NCBI RefSeq assembly: GCF_006345805.1
Contig: NW_021834232.1
Location: 1 to 64,000 of the forward strand
Direction: 5' to 3'
Length of the DNA: 64,000 nt
DNA from: Octopus sinensis
Taxonomy: Eukaryota
Below are positions 24,866 through 37,879 of the stretch, in pieces. The position numbers were made by a program, and so were the translations under genes. The notes under the pieces were generated by a model that ran no database searches, was not told the origin of the DNA, and saw only the letters and a program-made list of their open reading frames with translations. The first letter of the stretch is position 1, and each line of letters begins with the position of its first letter.

Positions 24866-25784
24866 AGTAAAAAATTTAATTCATGAGAAAAAAGAAAATA
24901 GCCCCAAATGAGACTAAAAATGACGGATTCGAGTGAGAAGATCCAAAATCTTTTATTATCACAAATTGAGAACCAAGAACCACAAGATCTGCAAGGGCAG
25001 TTAAACGGGGGCTGTCAGATATGACAGATGGAACATTCTAGAATATTCTGGAATTCTAAGAATCAACCGCGGTTTGATCTATGAAGGCGTATACCATTTT
25101 TATTGCATCGTTAGACAACGTACAAACCAGAGGTCTACACAATGACAAAACGTAGAAGTAAAGTTCTGTTAAAATGTCATTCTAAAAATGCCAAATTAGT
25201 AAATTAACATGAAAATGGTGCAGAAAACCGTTTATAGTACAGAAAACCGTAAGACATCACTTGCGTATGCTCTTAAATAAATGAGTCTTGTTTTACCCAA
25301 GGGCTATAGAAAAGCAATCTTGTTTGTAGGGAATTGCATATCGGAAGAGATCCCCAAGTCTCAAATGGACACACACCATGTACTATCTATCAACGTCGTT
25401 TTTTGGTGTACATATTTCCAGTTTTTGAAATAAAAGAATTAGCTAAAAATATTACAAATATATAATTTAATTATTAAAGTGGCAAAAATAATAAAAATTA
25501 TCATTTTATACACCGAAAATGTATACAAACTTGTTTAATATAGTCAGAGATTTGTAAACGGCCTCCGGCTGAGTGGTACATTGTCGTATAGAAATGATAA
25601 AACACGTATTTAAAAAAAATGTTGCCCATTCTTATACAACAGGAAGTAGGATTACTGACTGAATTCACTGCGCTTTCCATACATGCATACTGTAAAATGA
25701 CGTAAAGTTGAGCAAAATTTCTTGACAATGAGTTAATATTGGAAGAAAAACGTGATAATAAATTTAGTTTGTATACATTTCGGT

Positions 25785-26115
25785 CTGCACCCCCTTTGAA
25801 GGCGGAAAAGGCCTCGTATGGGATGCAACCTGCTGCGACACCTTTTCTGCTTCTCATTTGACTTCGTGTGCTCTGGAGGCTAAATCTGCAGCTAAGAAGG
25901 CTGAAGATTTAAAGCTATCAAAATATTCTGCCCTCTCGGAGGAGTTTTCCGTGCTGCCGATAGCGGCGAAGACGTCGGGGGCTCTCGGTCCAAAAACTGA
26001 AAAGTTCCTTCGCAAGCTCGAAGCCAAAATGATCCTTGGGAGGCGGACTGGCTAATGCAACGGTTCTCGATTGCCATCATCCGGGCAACAGTTTGGCAAT
26101 CCGCCAGGCTACATA
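25785..26115 (+). mobile_element. CRE RLE 3' fragment
   Basis: PFEGGKGLVWDATCCDTF, AEDLKLSKY, PIAAKTSGALGP, WLMQRFSIAIIR. Confidence 0.85.
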
Positions 26116-26539
26116 TCTACCATAAACACAATACTATTGACACATAGTAAATAATAATATAAAATCGAAAAAAAAAGTTTGTATACATTTAAAAATAATA
26201 TTTTGTTCTCTAGAGATAAGAACTGCAAAATAATATATTTCCAATGTCTGGAGATTGATTATATTCATATCAAAATTTTTCTCTATAATAAATAAATGTG
26301 TTTGCCTTAACTGAAGTGTTTGTCTATATAGCAAGACAAGTTTTCGTGCAAAATTTGCTAGTTTTTAATAGTCTAAAAATAAAAAAACTACTGCGATTGC
26401 AGAAAATAAGGTAATTTGAAATTGTTATTTAAAGATTCAGTCAATAGTCTCTTAGAAGCCATTGAGGAAATGGCTAAACTCAGGAATTGGTGAAAAAGAA
26501 GTAAATAAAAACTGTTTCGGGATTTTTTTTACTAATAAT

Positions 26540-28307
26540 TAGGGCAATTTTTTTTAACCTAAAAACTTCGATTTTTTAACCTAAAAATTTTAACTTTTTA
26601 ACCTAAAAATAACCAAATTTTAACCTATAAAACAAAAATTTTAACCTAACAAATTTTAACTTAAGAATCATTTATTATACAAACATATAACATAATTCTC
26701 TATATTTTCAATATTAAAATTTCTGTTATCCCTCATAAAGTTTTTAATTTGAGAGAAGCATCGTTCTATGGAAGAGGATGAAGGCTGACACTTTAAAAGC
26801 ATACAATATTCTTCAGGAGAAATTGATGAATTTGTCATTCTTATAATTTGACATAAATCATTTTTTTGTAATCGTTCATTCAAATATTTTTCAATTATAT
26901 CTGATTCGTCGTCAAATTTTAAATTCTTTAGCTCATTGTAAGCTAACTCTATTGAGGAGTGAGAACTTTCAAATTTGCACAATAATTCTGCTATTATTAA
27001 ACTAGTTTTACCTGGAATTGTCGAATAATTTCTAACAATAGAACTTAAGCTTTTTACTAGAGATTCATCTCTTAGGCTATTTTTTGCAGCCTGAACAATG
27101 ATTCCATCATCAGGAATTGTTTTGAAAATGTTTATCACATGTATTAAATTTTTTGCATAATAAAATGCAGCAGTTAGCCAAGTACCCCATCTAGTTAAAA
27201 CTACATGAGGTGGAATTAAATAGTCGTTTTCTCTTGTTATTTTTTGTTATTGCCGCTTGAATTGATGCAATAAGAGAATCAATTTCAGGATAAATAGTCC
27301 TGATTTTCATTGAACAATTATGCATCAGATGAGCAACACAAGTTACGTGAAATAACCTTGGATATAAAAGCTTAAGAACTTTTCCAGCTATAATTATATG
27401 TTAAATTAAAACCTGCTAGCATATATTTAGCGGAATCTGTTATTAGGAGAAGGAAATTTTGTCTTTCAATTAAAACGCATTTAATCGTATCGTCAACAAT
27501 TTGAATAATTGTTTCTTTGGTAGAAGTTTTATCAATTTTTACGAAAGAAATCAAATAAGTTTTATCGGGATTTTTAAGTATCCCCATTAAAACTGCAACA
27601 AATTTTTGACTACGAATAGTGACCTCGTCACTTATGGCGAATACAAGTTGATTTCTAAAAAATTATATATTCATAAACCTAAACTTTTCTTGAAATAATA
27701 CAATATATTCAGTTTTCAATTGTTTAACGCACATTCTTGCTTTGTATTGGGAAGGAAGAGGCAAAGAAGTATTCTTGAATAAATTCTTTAGAGGAGGCAT
27801 AGTCAATTTATGCAAGGGTATATCGCATTGAATAAATGCTTTAGTGACTTGCATTGACCAGTCATCATTGGGTAACTCGTCCAAACAAGGCTGATAGAAA
27901 TTATTCTCTAAAAATTATATTAATTTGTAAAAACTTAATAAATTTGAGTGCTTCTTCGATTCTCGGTGAGAATTCACAAAATGCTTTTTCTCACACCTGA
28001 CTGTGCATAAGCAAAGTTGACATTGCAACTCGCCATTCTCTCGTAATAAAAACTCCAGCGGATATTCAATAACAATTTTTTTTGCCTTAAAATACATTGT
28101 TTTTGCAGTTCTTGGCATACTAAACACCCACGCGCTATTTTAAATAAAGTTAAAATTTTTAACTTTATAAAAAAATTTTTTTTAACTTTTTAACTTTATT
28201 TTTTTCTTTAATAAGTAACTATTTCATTTAAAAAATACTTTATTTTTACTTTTAAGCCAAAATACACATTTTCATATATTTTAACTTTTTTAACTTAAAT
28301 TGCCCTA
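26540..28307 (-). mobile_element. Complete hAT transposon (CGGBP1-like N-terminus), 1768 bp
   Basis: TIR TAGGGCAATTT at both ends; exact 8-bp TSD CTAATAAT (26532-26539 and 28308-28315); TTTTAACC/T subterminal repeats. Confidence 0.93.
26668..28118 (-). CDS. hAT transposase with three micro-introns and one apparent frameshift
   Basis: ATG at 28118. Introns 27908-27934 (27 nt), 27655-27678 (24 nt) and 27388-27412 (25 nt) join the ORFs in frame. Motifs SDE, TDSAKYM, HVTCVAHLMHN, TRWGTW, SIERCFS. A 1-nt shift near 27210-27250. Confidence 0.8.
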
Positions 28308-28679
28308 CTAATAATATATTGAAAAAATATTAGTAATAAGAAATGCTGTAAATTTTTTTTGGATTTTTTAATTTTATTAAGCTGATACAGGTGGTATACA
28401 GGTGAAGCTATCAAACCACCAATCTCTTTCGAAACTCTCATTGAGAAGAATACAAAAGGGCATCAATGGTATAAAGGAACGATCCGCCCTCAACGATCTT
28501 GTGTGGGCTCAAGAGAGCAGCACAGAGCGAAGCTGAGAGCAATGATCAAATTCGTCGGGATCACCTAGTTAGTTTTTTTTTGGTTAACGGTGGTCTTTGG
28601 AATAAATTTTGATTTGATTTGAAACGTTCCAAATCGACTATAAATACAGTCGATATTATTTACACGTTAACGATCAAAT

Positions 28680-29291
28680 ATGTCTAAAAATAAACACAAA
28701 TGTACCTGCATGAGAATTCCATGTCGATGTAAAACTGATGAGTGGTCAGACATTCAATGGAGTAGCAAGAGTGAGACTCAAAAACGCAGAAATGAACCAA
28801 GACAATCTCTGTGCAGAGAATGGGACAATTCAAATACAATAAATGATGACATTAGACGCCAACGTTGGAATAAAATTATAGATATCGAGAGACAAGTTAT
28901 ACGTGAATGGGATAATCCAAGAAGCAATTATATAACACTACCAAACTGTATCACAACTGACGACTGCCACATATATTGTTTGATTTATATAACAATTATT
29001 TTATCTGATGTCGTTAATAAAAAACAAAGATATACAGCTTTTATCCCAAAAGAGAGTGGCAACAAAAAACCAATTGCACTTAAAAACCAAAAAAATCAAG
29101 AAAGATGCGGCGGAGATCACAAAAATGATAAAGAATATAAGAAAGATGACAAAACGGTATTTTTGACGAAAATAAAATTATATTTTAGAAGATCCTCCAG
29201 TCTTCAGTATAGATTGGCTACTCAAAAAATAGCTTTTCTTTTGATATTTTCTATTAAAATTTCTATATTTCTAAACTTGAGATTTTTTTAA
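28680..29291 (+). CDS. Hypothetical orphan protein, 203 aa unspliced
   Basis: ATG after an AT-rich leader; long for this base composition; candidate 32-nt intron near 29158-29189; no recognised domain. Confidence 0.35.
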   Translation: MSKNKHKCTCMRIPCRCKTDEWSDIQWSSKSETQKRRNEPRQSLCREWDNSNTINDDIRRQRWNKIIDIERQVIREWDNPRSNYITLPNCITTDDCHIYCLIYITIILSDVVNKKQRYTAFIPKESGNKKPIALKNQKNQERCGGDHKNDKEYKKDDKTVFLTKIKLYFRRSSSLQYRLATQKIAFLLIFSIKISIFLNLRFF

Positions 29292-29549
29292 AACGTGATT
29301 GATTTATTTGTATCAATATATTTCTAGAATGTTTTTAGGTAATTTTAGTGACCTTATTCATACAAGCACTCATTAAGTAATTTAAAAATTAATACACGTT
29401 TAATATTTTATTCACGACTGCAAATAATAAAACTAGTTATAAAAGTAAGGTTTGCTTGTTACGTTTATTTACCTTTGAAATAGTTTTGAGAAAAAATAGC
29501 TATTGTGACAATTTTAAATTTATACATCTTTTCAAGATATGGAAACATA

Positions 29550-30470
29550 GAGAGATAATTTTATTATTTAGTTGCAGCTTTAAATAATATTTTAAATTAA
29601 TTTTATCGATTTCTATAATTTTCTTGTTGTTTTCGGAGCATGCTAAAAAGAACATGAACTTCAAAGCTAACCTCAATTTATTCGAAATTGATTTAACTGC
29701 ATTAAATGAAAACTACATTCCTTAAAATTCTCTTCTCAATATTGTGAGGTTGAGTTGTTATCAATTGAGGGTTCGTCTGTAACCTTATTATTGAATCATC
29801 CCAATATAAGAAAATCGCTAATTAAACAAATACTTAAAAATTATAAAAATCAAGTCTTCCCATCTCTTTTTCATATTTTTTCCAATTTTTTGATTATATG
29901 TCACAAGGAGGGGCTATTATTGCATTTGTTAACTGTGTTAACCTTGAACTTACGACTAATTTAAATTATATATCACCAATTTAATAAAATCAGAAAAAAT
30001 ATAGGTTTCTCGATCTATGTCGAATTTATCGCAATCAAAATCAGAAAAGTTAAAAACATTTATTAAAAGAAATTTTATTCGTTAATTATTTCTCCTCTCC
30101 GACATAAAAATATAACCGATTATTTTTCTATAAAAAATCACAATGTTCTCGGATTATTTCACTAAATTTTTCGGAAATTAAGTTCTTTAGTTGCGTTTCA
30201 TTTTGAGCTTCAGCTCTTGTAACTAAATTTTTTTAAACAGAGCAAATATTATCTATGGGATTGAGGAAGGGCGAATAAGAGCAAGAAAAAACAAATTAAA
30301 ATCATTATAACTGATAAATTTCTTTACACCCAAATAATGATGTATTCGTGTATTATCAGCTATGAAAACTGGAGATTCAATGTTTTTCACTTTACACGAT
30401 TCAATAATTTCTATTAAAGTGTATACAAGAAATAAAAGTAATATGCTTTTTAAAAATAGTTAACAAATAT
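29550..30470 (-). mobile_element. Tc1/IS630-like transposase remnants
   Basis: 30090-30470 reads PVFIADNTRIHHY..FFL.PYSPFLNPIDNI..KNLV.R...F.RKIIGY after frame correction. The 29550-29900 assignment is weaker. Confidence 0.6.
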
Positions 30471-30689
30471 GTATTTATGACTGTCACTAAACTATTTTCT
30501 ATATTTTTTTATTTGAAGATACACTTGCGGTCTAGGAGATTCCAGGTTCAGCCAATACTTTATTGTAATGTGGGATGTAAAGTTATTAGAACAGTCCACG
30601 ACGTGCATAATATACAGACGCTCAACATAAATCTGGACGCTCAACGTAAGTCACACAGAGTTTGGTTTGATTAGTGAATGCATACCTCA

Positions 30690-30960
30690 ACATTTAGTCT
30701 TGCACAATGAACTGATTTTAAATTGAGCAAGAATGAAAATCCTTGTTTGCAGAAAAATGTTTTTTGAAAATAAAAGAAAAAATCCAATTATATGTAATCC
30801 AATTCTTTGATACTTGGATAGCCTTTTATACCAAAACTTAATTAATAGTGCAGATTCGAATTGGTTTGTTTGACTTTGTCTGTTTGTCTGTTTCTGTTCA
30901 ACAAATTTTTGACATGAAATTGGCTAATTCAATTGCAATAGATGAATCATGTGATATAAA
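30690..30960 (+). mobile_element. Scrambled hAT transposase remnants
   Basis: SIAIDESCDIN (first catalytic D motif of SPIN-type hATs) and an LHNELIL-like segment. Confidence 0.35.
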
Positions 30961-31869
30961 TGAATTTTTGATTTGGACAAGTGGTTAAAGGAGGCTCTTG
31001 AATTTTTCGAAATTTCCAAAAATGTTCAAAATTGGCACTTCTCCAAAAGTATTTGCCGACCAGTGGCATAGGTGGATTGTATTAGTACAAGTTGTCCAAG
31101 TTTATGAGAGCATGTTTTCTAAACAAAAAAACAATGCAGTACGGATTTTCTTTCAACAATGGGTGTTTGGGGGAATTTATCGCCACAGTAAAAAATTTAT
31201 CGGACAGTAAATAAAGGACAAAAAAATACCGGACGTCACTCAATGGGTCATATTTTGGAGGTATTAAATACTCCGAGTTATTTTGTAGAATTTTCATGAA
31301 GAAGGCAAGTGAGGCATTTGGAAAACTCCTTTGATGAGTTGATAGATGCCATTGTTCGATTTTGTCCACCGAACACTACGATGCGTAGACACAACTAACT
31401 TAAATATTTTTAATAATAATTTTTCGCGCCAAGGGAATGATTATAAGCATTTATGTTTTCAGTTAACCTCATAACGGTTTCTTCTTAGGTAGGGATCGTT
31501 AAATGCTTAGCTTTGACTTGAGCCTTATTTCGTGATGCGTGAAATGCACAAGTACCATTATTTTTAAAAATTTAATTATTTGAATCGTACATATCCTATG
31601 TAATACAAAATTGATATTATCACCGCCGCAAAAAAATGAACTGAATTATTGTGATTATAAAACAACTTGAATTTTTAAGCTTTATATTTTAGCACACAGT
31701 GTTAGGATAAAAAAACAACTAATTAAATGAACTTGGATCTGACGAGCTCCTCATAGGGCATTTTCTTGTTCTTACTTGCTCTTAAAAAAATTGTGTGGCT
31801 GCACAAGCGAAACCTCAAAGCACAGAAGTGCTTATGGTAACGTGTAGTTAATTTAACATACAATAATTG

Positions 31870-32090
31870 GGCAGTTCCGCCAGTGCTCAGGCTATGTATT
31901 CCGGACTCGTTTGAGTTTACCCCCATGCCTTTGAAACCTCAGGAATCATCGGCAAGGCTGCGACTCAATCCTCACTAAAATTGGTAGGAAAACTCCTCGA
32001 AAACGACCGATCGAAGGAAGACGAGGTGGCTCTTTCTCGGTTGCCGTGCTCCGCGGAAACTGCGCAATGCAGCGTCAGTGAGCTGATTTT
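31870..32090 (+). mobile_element. CRE RLE 3' fragment
   Basis: P.AFETSGIIGKAA..L.KIGRK...RWLF..SVAVLRGNCA. Confidence 0.75.
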
Positions 32091-32423
32091 TAGGCTCTCA
32101 AATCTTATCTCAGCCACCTACCCTAGCTAGCATTTAACCTTTGTCTGAAATTCAATACCATTGGGTAGTTTTCAGTTTTGAAATCTATTTTTGGTAGTCG
32201 TAAAAAGATTTTCTAGAGGGCTGTTAGTAGATCTATCATCTCTGACAATTCCTTGTTTGTAAATAAGAAAGTCACCAATGTGATCAAATTAAAACATTAA
32301 TTTCTCACATACTATGTCATCCCAAATATTTCACCCCTATTATCTCACTATACCACTTTATAACCAATTTGTAAAACAAAAAACAAAATCAAAAAAGTTA
32401 GAAAAGAAACCATCCAAACCAGA

Positions 32424-33418
32424 TTAGTAAACGAATAACGAATTATCCGAGCATCCAATATTTTTCAGAATTGGAGTAACAAACTCGACCATACCACGTG
32501 GTCCACACATCATAAAGAGGACATCTTCAGCAGGGGCAGGTGCCGACTCCCTGATGACCCCCTCCGAAATATACCCCACTCGTCCCCCATATTCTCCATC
32601 CCCCTCTCCCACACTGTCCACCACAAACACCACTGACAGTCTCCTTGGATTATTCCGAGCCAATTCCATAAGTTCTTCTCGAAGGATAATATCCTTTACA
32701 GTCTACTAATCAAACAACACAATCACGACCTTATTGGCGAAGATCAAAGAGAATCGGGTGTTGTCCGACTTATTTTGGAGGGAATTTTGAATTATTTGAA
32801 GCATTGGAGTCACCCCACTTCCCCCGGCGATCATAACGACTTGTTTGTATGATTTTTCTTCTCCGGTTTTAGTTTGTTTAAAATTTCCTTAAATAAACTA
32901 TTTTTTGACACCATTTCCCAAATATTCAATTTTTCCAAAAGGTCCGTCGACATTGATTAGATCCCCAGGTTTGCACGTGTCCAGAAATTGGGTCATTTTC
33001 CCTCCAGCTGGGAAATTACTGTTGGGTCGATAGACCTTAAAAAGTAATTTATTTATATTTTAACTTTAATTAACAAGTCAAAATAGCCCTCAGTGTCCAC
33101 AGGGGTAATTGGAGTGTATGGTCGGGCTATACTTTCTCCGTTAACCACAGTATGGAGACGAATACAGCTCCCCACAAAAAGCCCGAGAATATGACTCTTT
33201 GAAGGTAGTCCCACTCGCAATCGGAATGTGTCGTGGGTCACATTCTATGATAGGTAAATGAGAGAGGAGACCTCTTTATTTAATATTTTTAAGGAATGTT
33301 TGACACTGGGGTCTTGTAATAGTTTTATTTTTGTGTTTCGGAAAAAGTTTCTGTAAATGTAGAATGCACTGCAGCCTCCGAGGATTGCCGTTGTTAGTAA
33401 AACCTTATTGTTCAACAT
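32424..33418 (-). CDS. CYB5R: NADH-cytochrome b5 reductase (5 exons)
   Basis: Introns 33245-33271 (27 nt), 33036-33064 (29), 32888-32911 (24), 32703-32729 (27) give a continuous frame: N-terminal anchor, THDTFR, RPYTP, GKMTQFL, GPFG, MIAGGSGVTPMLQ, LIFANK, MCGP, ending FVY*. Confidence 0.95.
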
Positions 33419-34194
33419 GAACGAAAATATAAATATTTATTATTTTAATTTATTTGTTTAAATAAAACAAAAAATATTCGTTTGACTATTTTTACCATAG
33501 CTAAGATGATTCACTCTTTTTGTTTTTAAGACTAATAATAAATCCCTAAGAAAGATTCCGGACCTGCACGCTTACAACTTTTCAAAAATTATAAAACTAA
33601 TTCTAGCTAATTTGGAAACATTTGTTTAGTTTGTATAAAATTTCATAGAATTTTGAACAATGCCGTAAATTTTAAGTCAAGTGGATAAAAGTATTATTTA
33701 CTTTATTTTTTGACCTCAAAAGAATGTTTAAGCAATATATTTTGTACAAATTATCTACCAGACAATACTAACGAATAATCCCACATAGCACCAAACGTGA
33801 AAGTTTGTGAAACATTGATGCTGAAATGCGGGTGGTTTTGTCAACAATTCGACCTGATATTGACGATATATGCAACAACAATAATTATTAAGATTTCATT
33901 TTTGTTATTAATAAAAATTTGGGCATTAAATTACCAATTTTTGTACTTAGTTTTACACATATCAAAAATTTAATTTTTTTTATTTTTTAATGTGTGCCGT
34001 GGATTATTTTTTGAAAAAGTCTGAGTTGAAAGATATGAATTTTTAATAAATTACATTTACTATTTATTAATGAACAAGGTGGCTGTCTTGATGAGGTTCA
34101 TAGAGGTAGATGAACTTAAACTTATAAAAAAATAATTTTATTTTAAAATGGAAAAAAACCAAAATAAAAACAAAATTAATTGTATTAATCATGG

Positions 34195-34420
34195 AGTTAT
34201 ATCTTTCTTGGAAGTCTGATAACCAGAGATGGTGGTTGTGTCTCAGAAATTAATAGACGGATGGCTATGTGCAAGAGTACGATGATAAAACTGAATCGGA
34301 TCTGGAGTAGCAAGGATGTTTCTCTCAAAACAAAGATAAGACTAGTCAACGCGATTGTGTTTCCCGTTTTTCTCTTTTGCTGTGAATCTTGGACACTGTC
34401 CAAAGCTCACAGTTTGACAA
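34195..34420 (+). mobile_element. RTE (BovB-like) fragment
   Basis: LGSLITRDGGCVSEINRR...IWSSKDVSLKTKIRLVNAIVFPVFLFCCESWT. Confidence 0.8.
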
Positions 34421-35711
34421 TTAATTTCTATTAAGGAACAAGAAGAATCGGGTTGTGTAGAAGTGCATGAATCATCAAGCAAGGCTAAAATGCTTTACAA
34501 ATTAAGAGATTGAAAATAGCCTTCTAGAAAACATTGAAAATGACAATGATGCGGAATTCATTATTTCAATAAGAAGATATTAAGAAAATATTAAAAATTC
34601 TAAAAAGAGGCAATTGGGAATTGAATATTACTTTAATAAAATTTAATTTTTTTAATTCCTTGGTTAATAATATTTCCAATAAAAATACAATTTATTAATT
34701 TAAATAGTTTAATTATTTTTAAATAGATTAATTAGAAAATTAAATAAAAATTTTATTCTGAAATCTGCCATTTCTCAAATTTGCCACAATTTCGCCAGGA
34801 ACCAAAAATGGCAAATTTGAGAGAGTTTCCTATACGAAACTAAGTTAACACAGATTTAGATCATTCGAATAATTCATTTTAATTCATTTTTTAATACTTT
34901 AAATAAATTTAGTTTATTTCTTACAAACTCTTTGATTATTAAAAACATTAGAATCTTAAAAAATGGTTTTTGTGTCAATAAGTTGCAAAATTTACTTGAT
35001 ATTATTCAAAAAGATAGAGCTTACATTACGGTCCTTTTTCATGATTATAAAACATTCGATTACGAGCATTTTAAGAGATCGCCGAATTTAACCCCTAAAA
35101 GAGACACTTTCCAGAATTTTCTTAAGGGAAGATGAATTGATATAAGAATGTATGCACTCACATATACCAGATTCGTAAGTATCGTATTTGGTGACCAAAC
35201 ATTGAAACTATTATTCAATTGGATTCGCTATATTAGAGTCAACTAAATTATCTAATTAGGAGTCCAGCACGTGCACGCTCACCAATAACACCATTGGCCT
35301 CAAAGGTAAGGGGAAGAACAGACGGACTCCCGGAGGGAATTATACTTTTTAATCTTTGAATACTTTGCCCTGGAGGAAGCATTTTCAATAGTGCGCGCGT
35401 ATGTGTGTGCGCAGATCGAGTCTCATCAAAGCCTTATCCCCACTTGCGTTTGAGATGATTAGTGCGTAATGAGAAAGATTATATGTGTACTCATTTTATA
35501 TACGATATCGTTATTTTATAAAATTCGTCACTTTGTAGAATAATACCGTTATAAAACCGGCTTGTATTTTTGAAAAGGGAAACTTTTGAGGTTCTTTGCA
35601 AACCGACGAAGCTGAATTGGAAGTTGGGTTTTTTGCCAGGCAAATTAAGTCATTTAATTTATAGTCTAAACTGTTAATGGCACCTATAATTGTTTATGAA
35701 CAACGGGACAA

Positions 35712-35735
35712 ATGAATGAATGAATGAATGAATTT
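35712..35735. repeat. (ATGA)n microsatellite; possible 3' tail of an L2/CR1-like element on the minus strand
   Basis: Minus strand reads AATAAAAA followed by (TTCA)5. Confidence 0.5.
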
Positions 35736-35809
35736 TTATTAACGGAAAAGCCGAAAAAGAGGGAGAAAGTTAATGAGACAACGTATGCCTCTTCTTCGTT
35801 GTTTCCCTC

Positions 35810-36170
35810 TTTTTTTTTTTTTTTTTTTTAAATTTAATTCGAGAAGAAAAGGCTCTCTCAAGAACACTTCCAACCGTTTCCGTCGCGTCTTCCATCACTT
35901 GAGGGATGGGTTGGTCCAACTGGAGTCCATTTGCCAATTTGATGGCATATCGCCTCGTCTTTTCGAGCTTAGCGATAATGCCATCCCTTTCAGCAGTAGG
36001 ATACCATCCCTCGAACCCGTAGGTAAGCAATGGTTCGACGCACGTTTTATAAACATATAAAAACGTTTCCGGGGAAAGGTGGAAGTGAATTATGCTCCTG
36101 AGAATTTGAGCGCATTTCCTTCTCCTCGAGTCGATGTATCTGAAGTAAGAACCCTTGGATCCAAACAAAT
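35810..36170 (-). mobile_element. 5'-truncated I/Jockey-group LINE 3' end with poly(A)
   Basis: SPETFLYVYKTCVEPLLTYGFEGWY..LEKTRRYAIKLA is similar to the 58017 ORF2 C-terminus; T20 at 35810-35829. Confidence 0.85.
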
Positions 36171-36529
36171 ATATTGTCGGGACAAATATATTGTCGATCT
36201 GGTGGATCTAAAAAGATGAATCTATAGTAAAACCAAGATCATATATCTTTGACTGTGACTAATGCATGTAAAACTAATAAGAGATAAGAAGTAAAACAAA
36301 GAAATATTATAATAAATAATTAGGTTAAGTGATATTCGAATTTTTGATTAAACAGATCTCTTCTGCATATCACATTTATTGGGTTAGTTCAACCCATCAA
36401 ATGAGTTTTTATTATTTTCCTTAAATATATACAAAAGGTATTATTTATGCTTAGTAAAAAATGAACTTGAAAATTTACAAAATTTAAATTACATGTACTT
36501 TTTATGGACCGATTAGAAAAATCGAAATA

Positions 36530-37020
36530 AAAAATACAGATAATTATTTCAATAATAATTATAAACTATTTTTCATTAATTATTGTTTAATTATCTTAAT
36601 TTTTAATGGAAAACCTTATAAATTATTAGATACGGTTTATTTAGTTTGTTGTACTGTTCTATTAATTAGCTTTCCTTTATTTTTTGTATTAAATTGGATT
36701 TAGAAGGAATATTTCGTAATGAAGTTTCTTTTAGTGATTTAATTATCTGAAATTTCGTCATTTTTGTGATATTTTCCGAGTTTATTCCTCTAATCTGTTT
36801 TCAATCTTTTCCTTAAAATTATATATACTTCCTCCCATTTCAAAGTTTTTGACCAGAAGGCCTGTTTTTGGTCGTTTTACTTCTCTTTTTTTGTATTTTT
36901 CACACAGTCAATTTATTATTTCTTCATGCAGCCGATTAACCCTTGATGCATGTTTAAGAAACCAATGGTTTCTTAACTTCAGTTTATCAGTGGATGATAT
37001 TAAAAATTCTTTCAAAATTT
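36530..37020. repeat. Diverged third copy of the 545-1015 repeat
   Basis: Collinear similarity with small indels; lacks the 104-bp tandem duplication. Confidence 0.8.
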
Positions 37021-37879
37021 CTACTTCAAAACGGAAAAAAAACCATATTAAAACAAAATTAATCGTAGTAATCATAGATTATTATTGTTTCTTCTTTATT
37101 GAAAAGAATTTGTATTAAAGAGTTTTCCCCCTCGAAACAATACAACAAATCAACTGTATAGAATTTATCCGTTTCTTTTTTTTCCAATAAAAATTTTTTA
37201 AACTGTTTTTGTTAATGTATATTACTTTGCACTTATTTCACAAGATGAAAACGGGTAGACTGAGAACTTGCTGATTATCTTCAATGGTAGGATTCCTAAA
37301 ATTGGGTGTTTGAGGATGCAAACCTCAGCCAAATGTCGAATTGTGGGTGTGATTCTTGAATCTTTGTTCAATATCACTCTCCGGGAATCCCCACGCAACC
37401 CCAAATGAGGGAAACGGTGGTCATGTAATACAAGCAAGTCAAGTCGAGTCCGTTAATCACGTCTGTCGGTCATATACTACCGAAAATGGGGTCGACGGCA
37501 GAATTGGCAACTGTTTTGGCGCCAACGGCAAATATTTGATAATCCCCGTATTATTTTTGTGTATTTTCAAAAAGTCCCCCAAAACACTATTGTTTGGAAT
37601 TGTGAAAAAATTTTAACCTAATTAGTTCGAGACAACCGCTTTTTTATTGCCGCCCTCGGAGGAAGTGGCGGAAACGAGAACCGCGCTTTCCGTTCTTCGG
37701 TGACCAGGACGCCGAAAGTGGCGAAATATGGAAGGGTGGGCGAAGCTATTGATTTGAAGCTTGAACTTAAACTAATGGCAGATGTTAGCTTAGTTTCTTA
37801 TCTTTATTTATTTATTAGGACCAAAAACACCGTCATAACCATAATTAACTATTTCAGGTAATCCCAGCATTGTCTAAGA

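Noticed and set aside
26560-26660. Telomere-like (TTAGG/CCTAA) repeats
   Set aside because: Irregular TTTTAACCTAAAA units inside the hAT TIR/TSD boundaries; typical subterminal repeats.
37620-37745. HDV-like or hammerhead ribozyme (hairpin followed by GGCGAA, possible P2)
   Set aside because: P1 could only be 3 bp, L3 is non-canonical and no CUGANGA core is present; not supportable without a covariance search.
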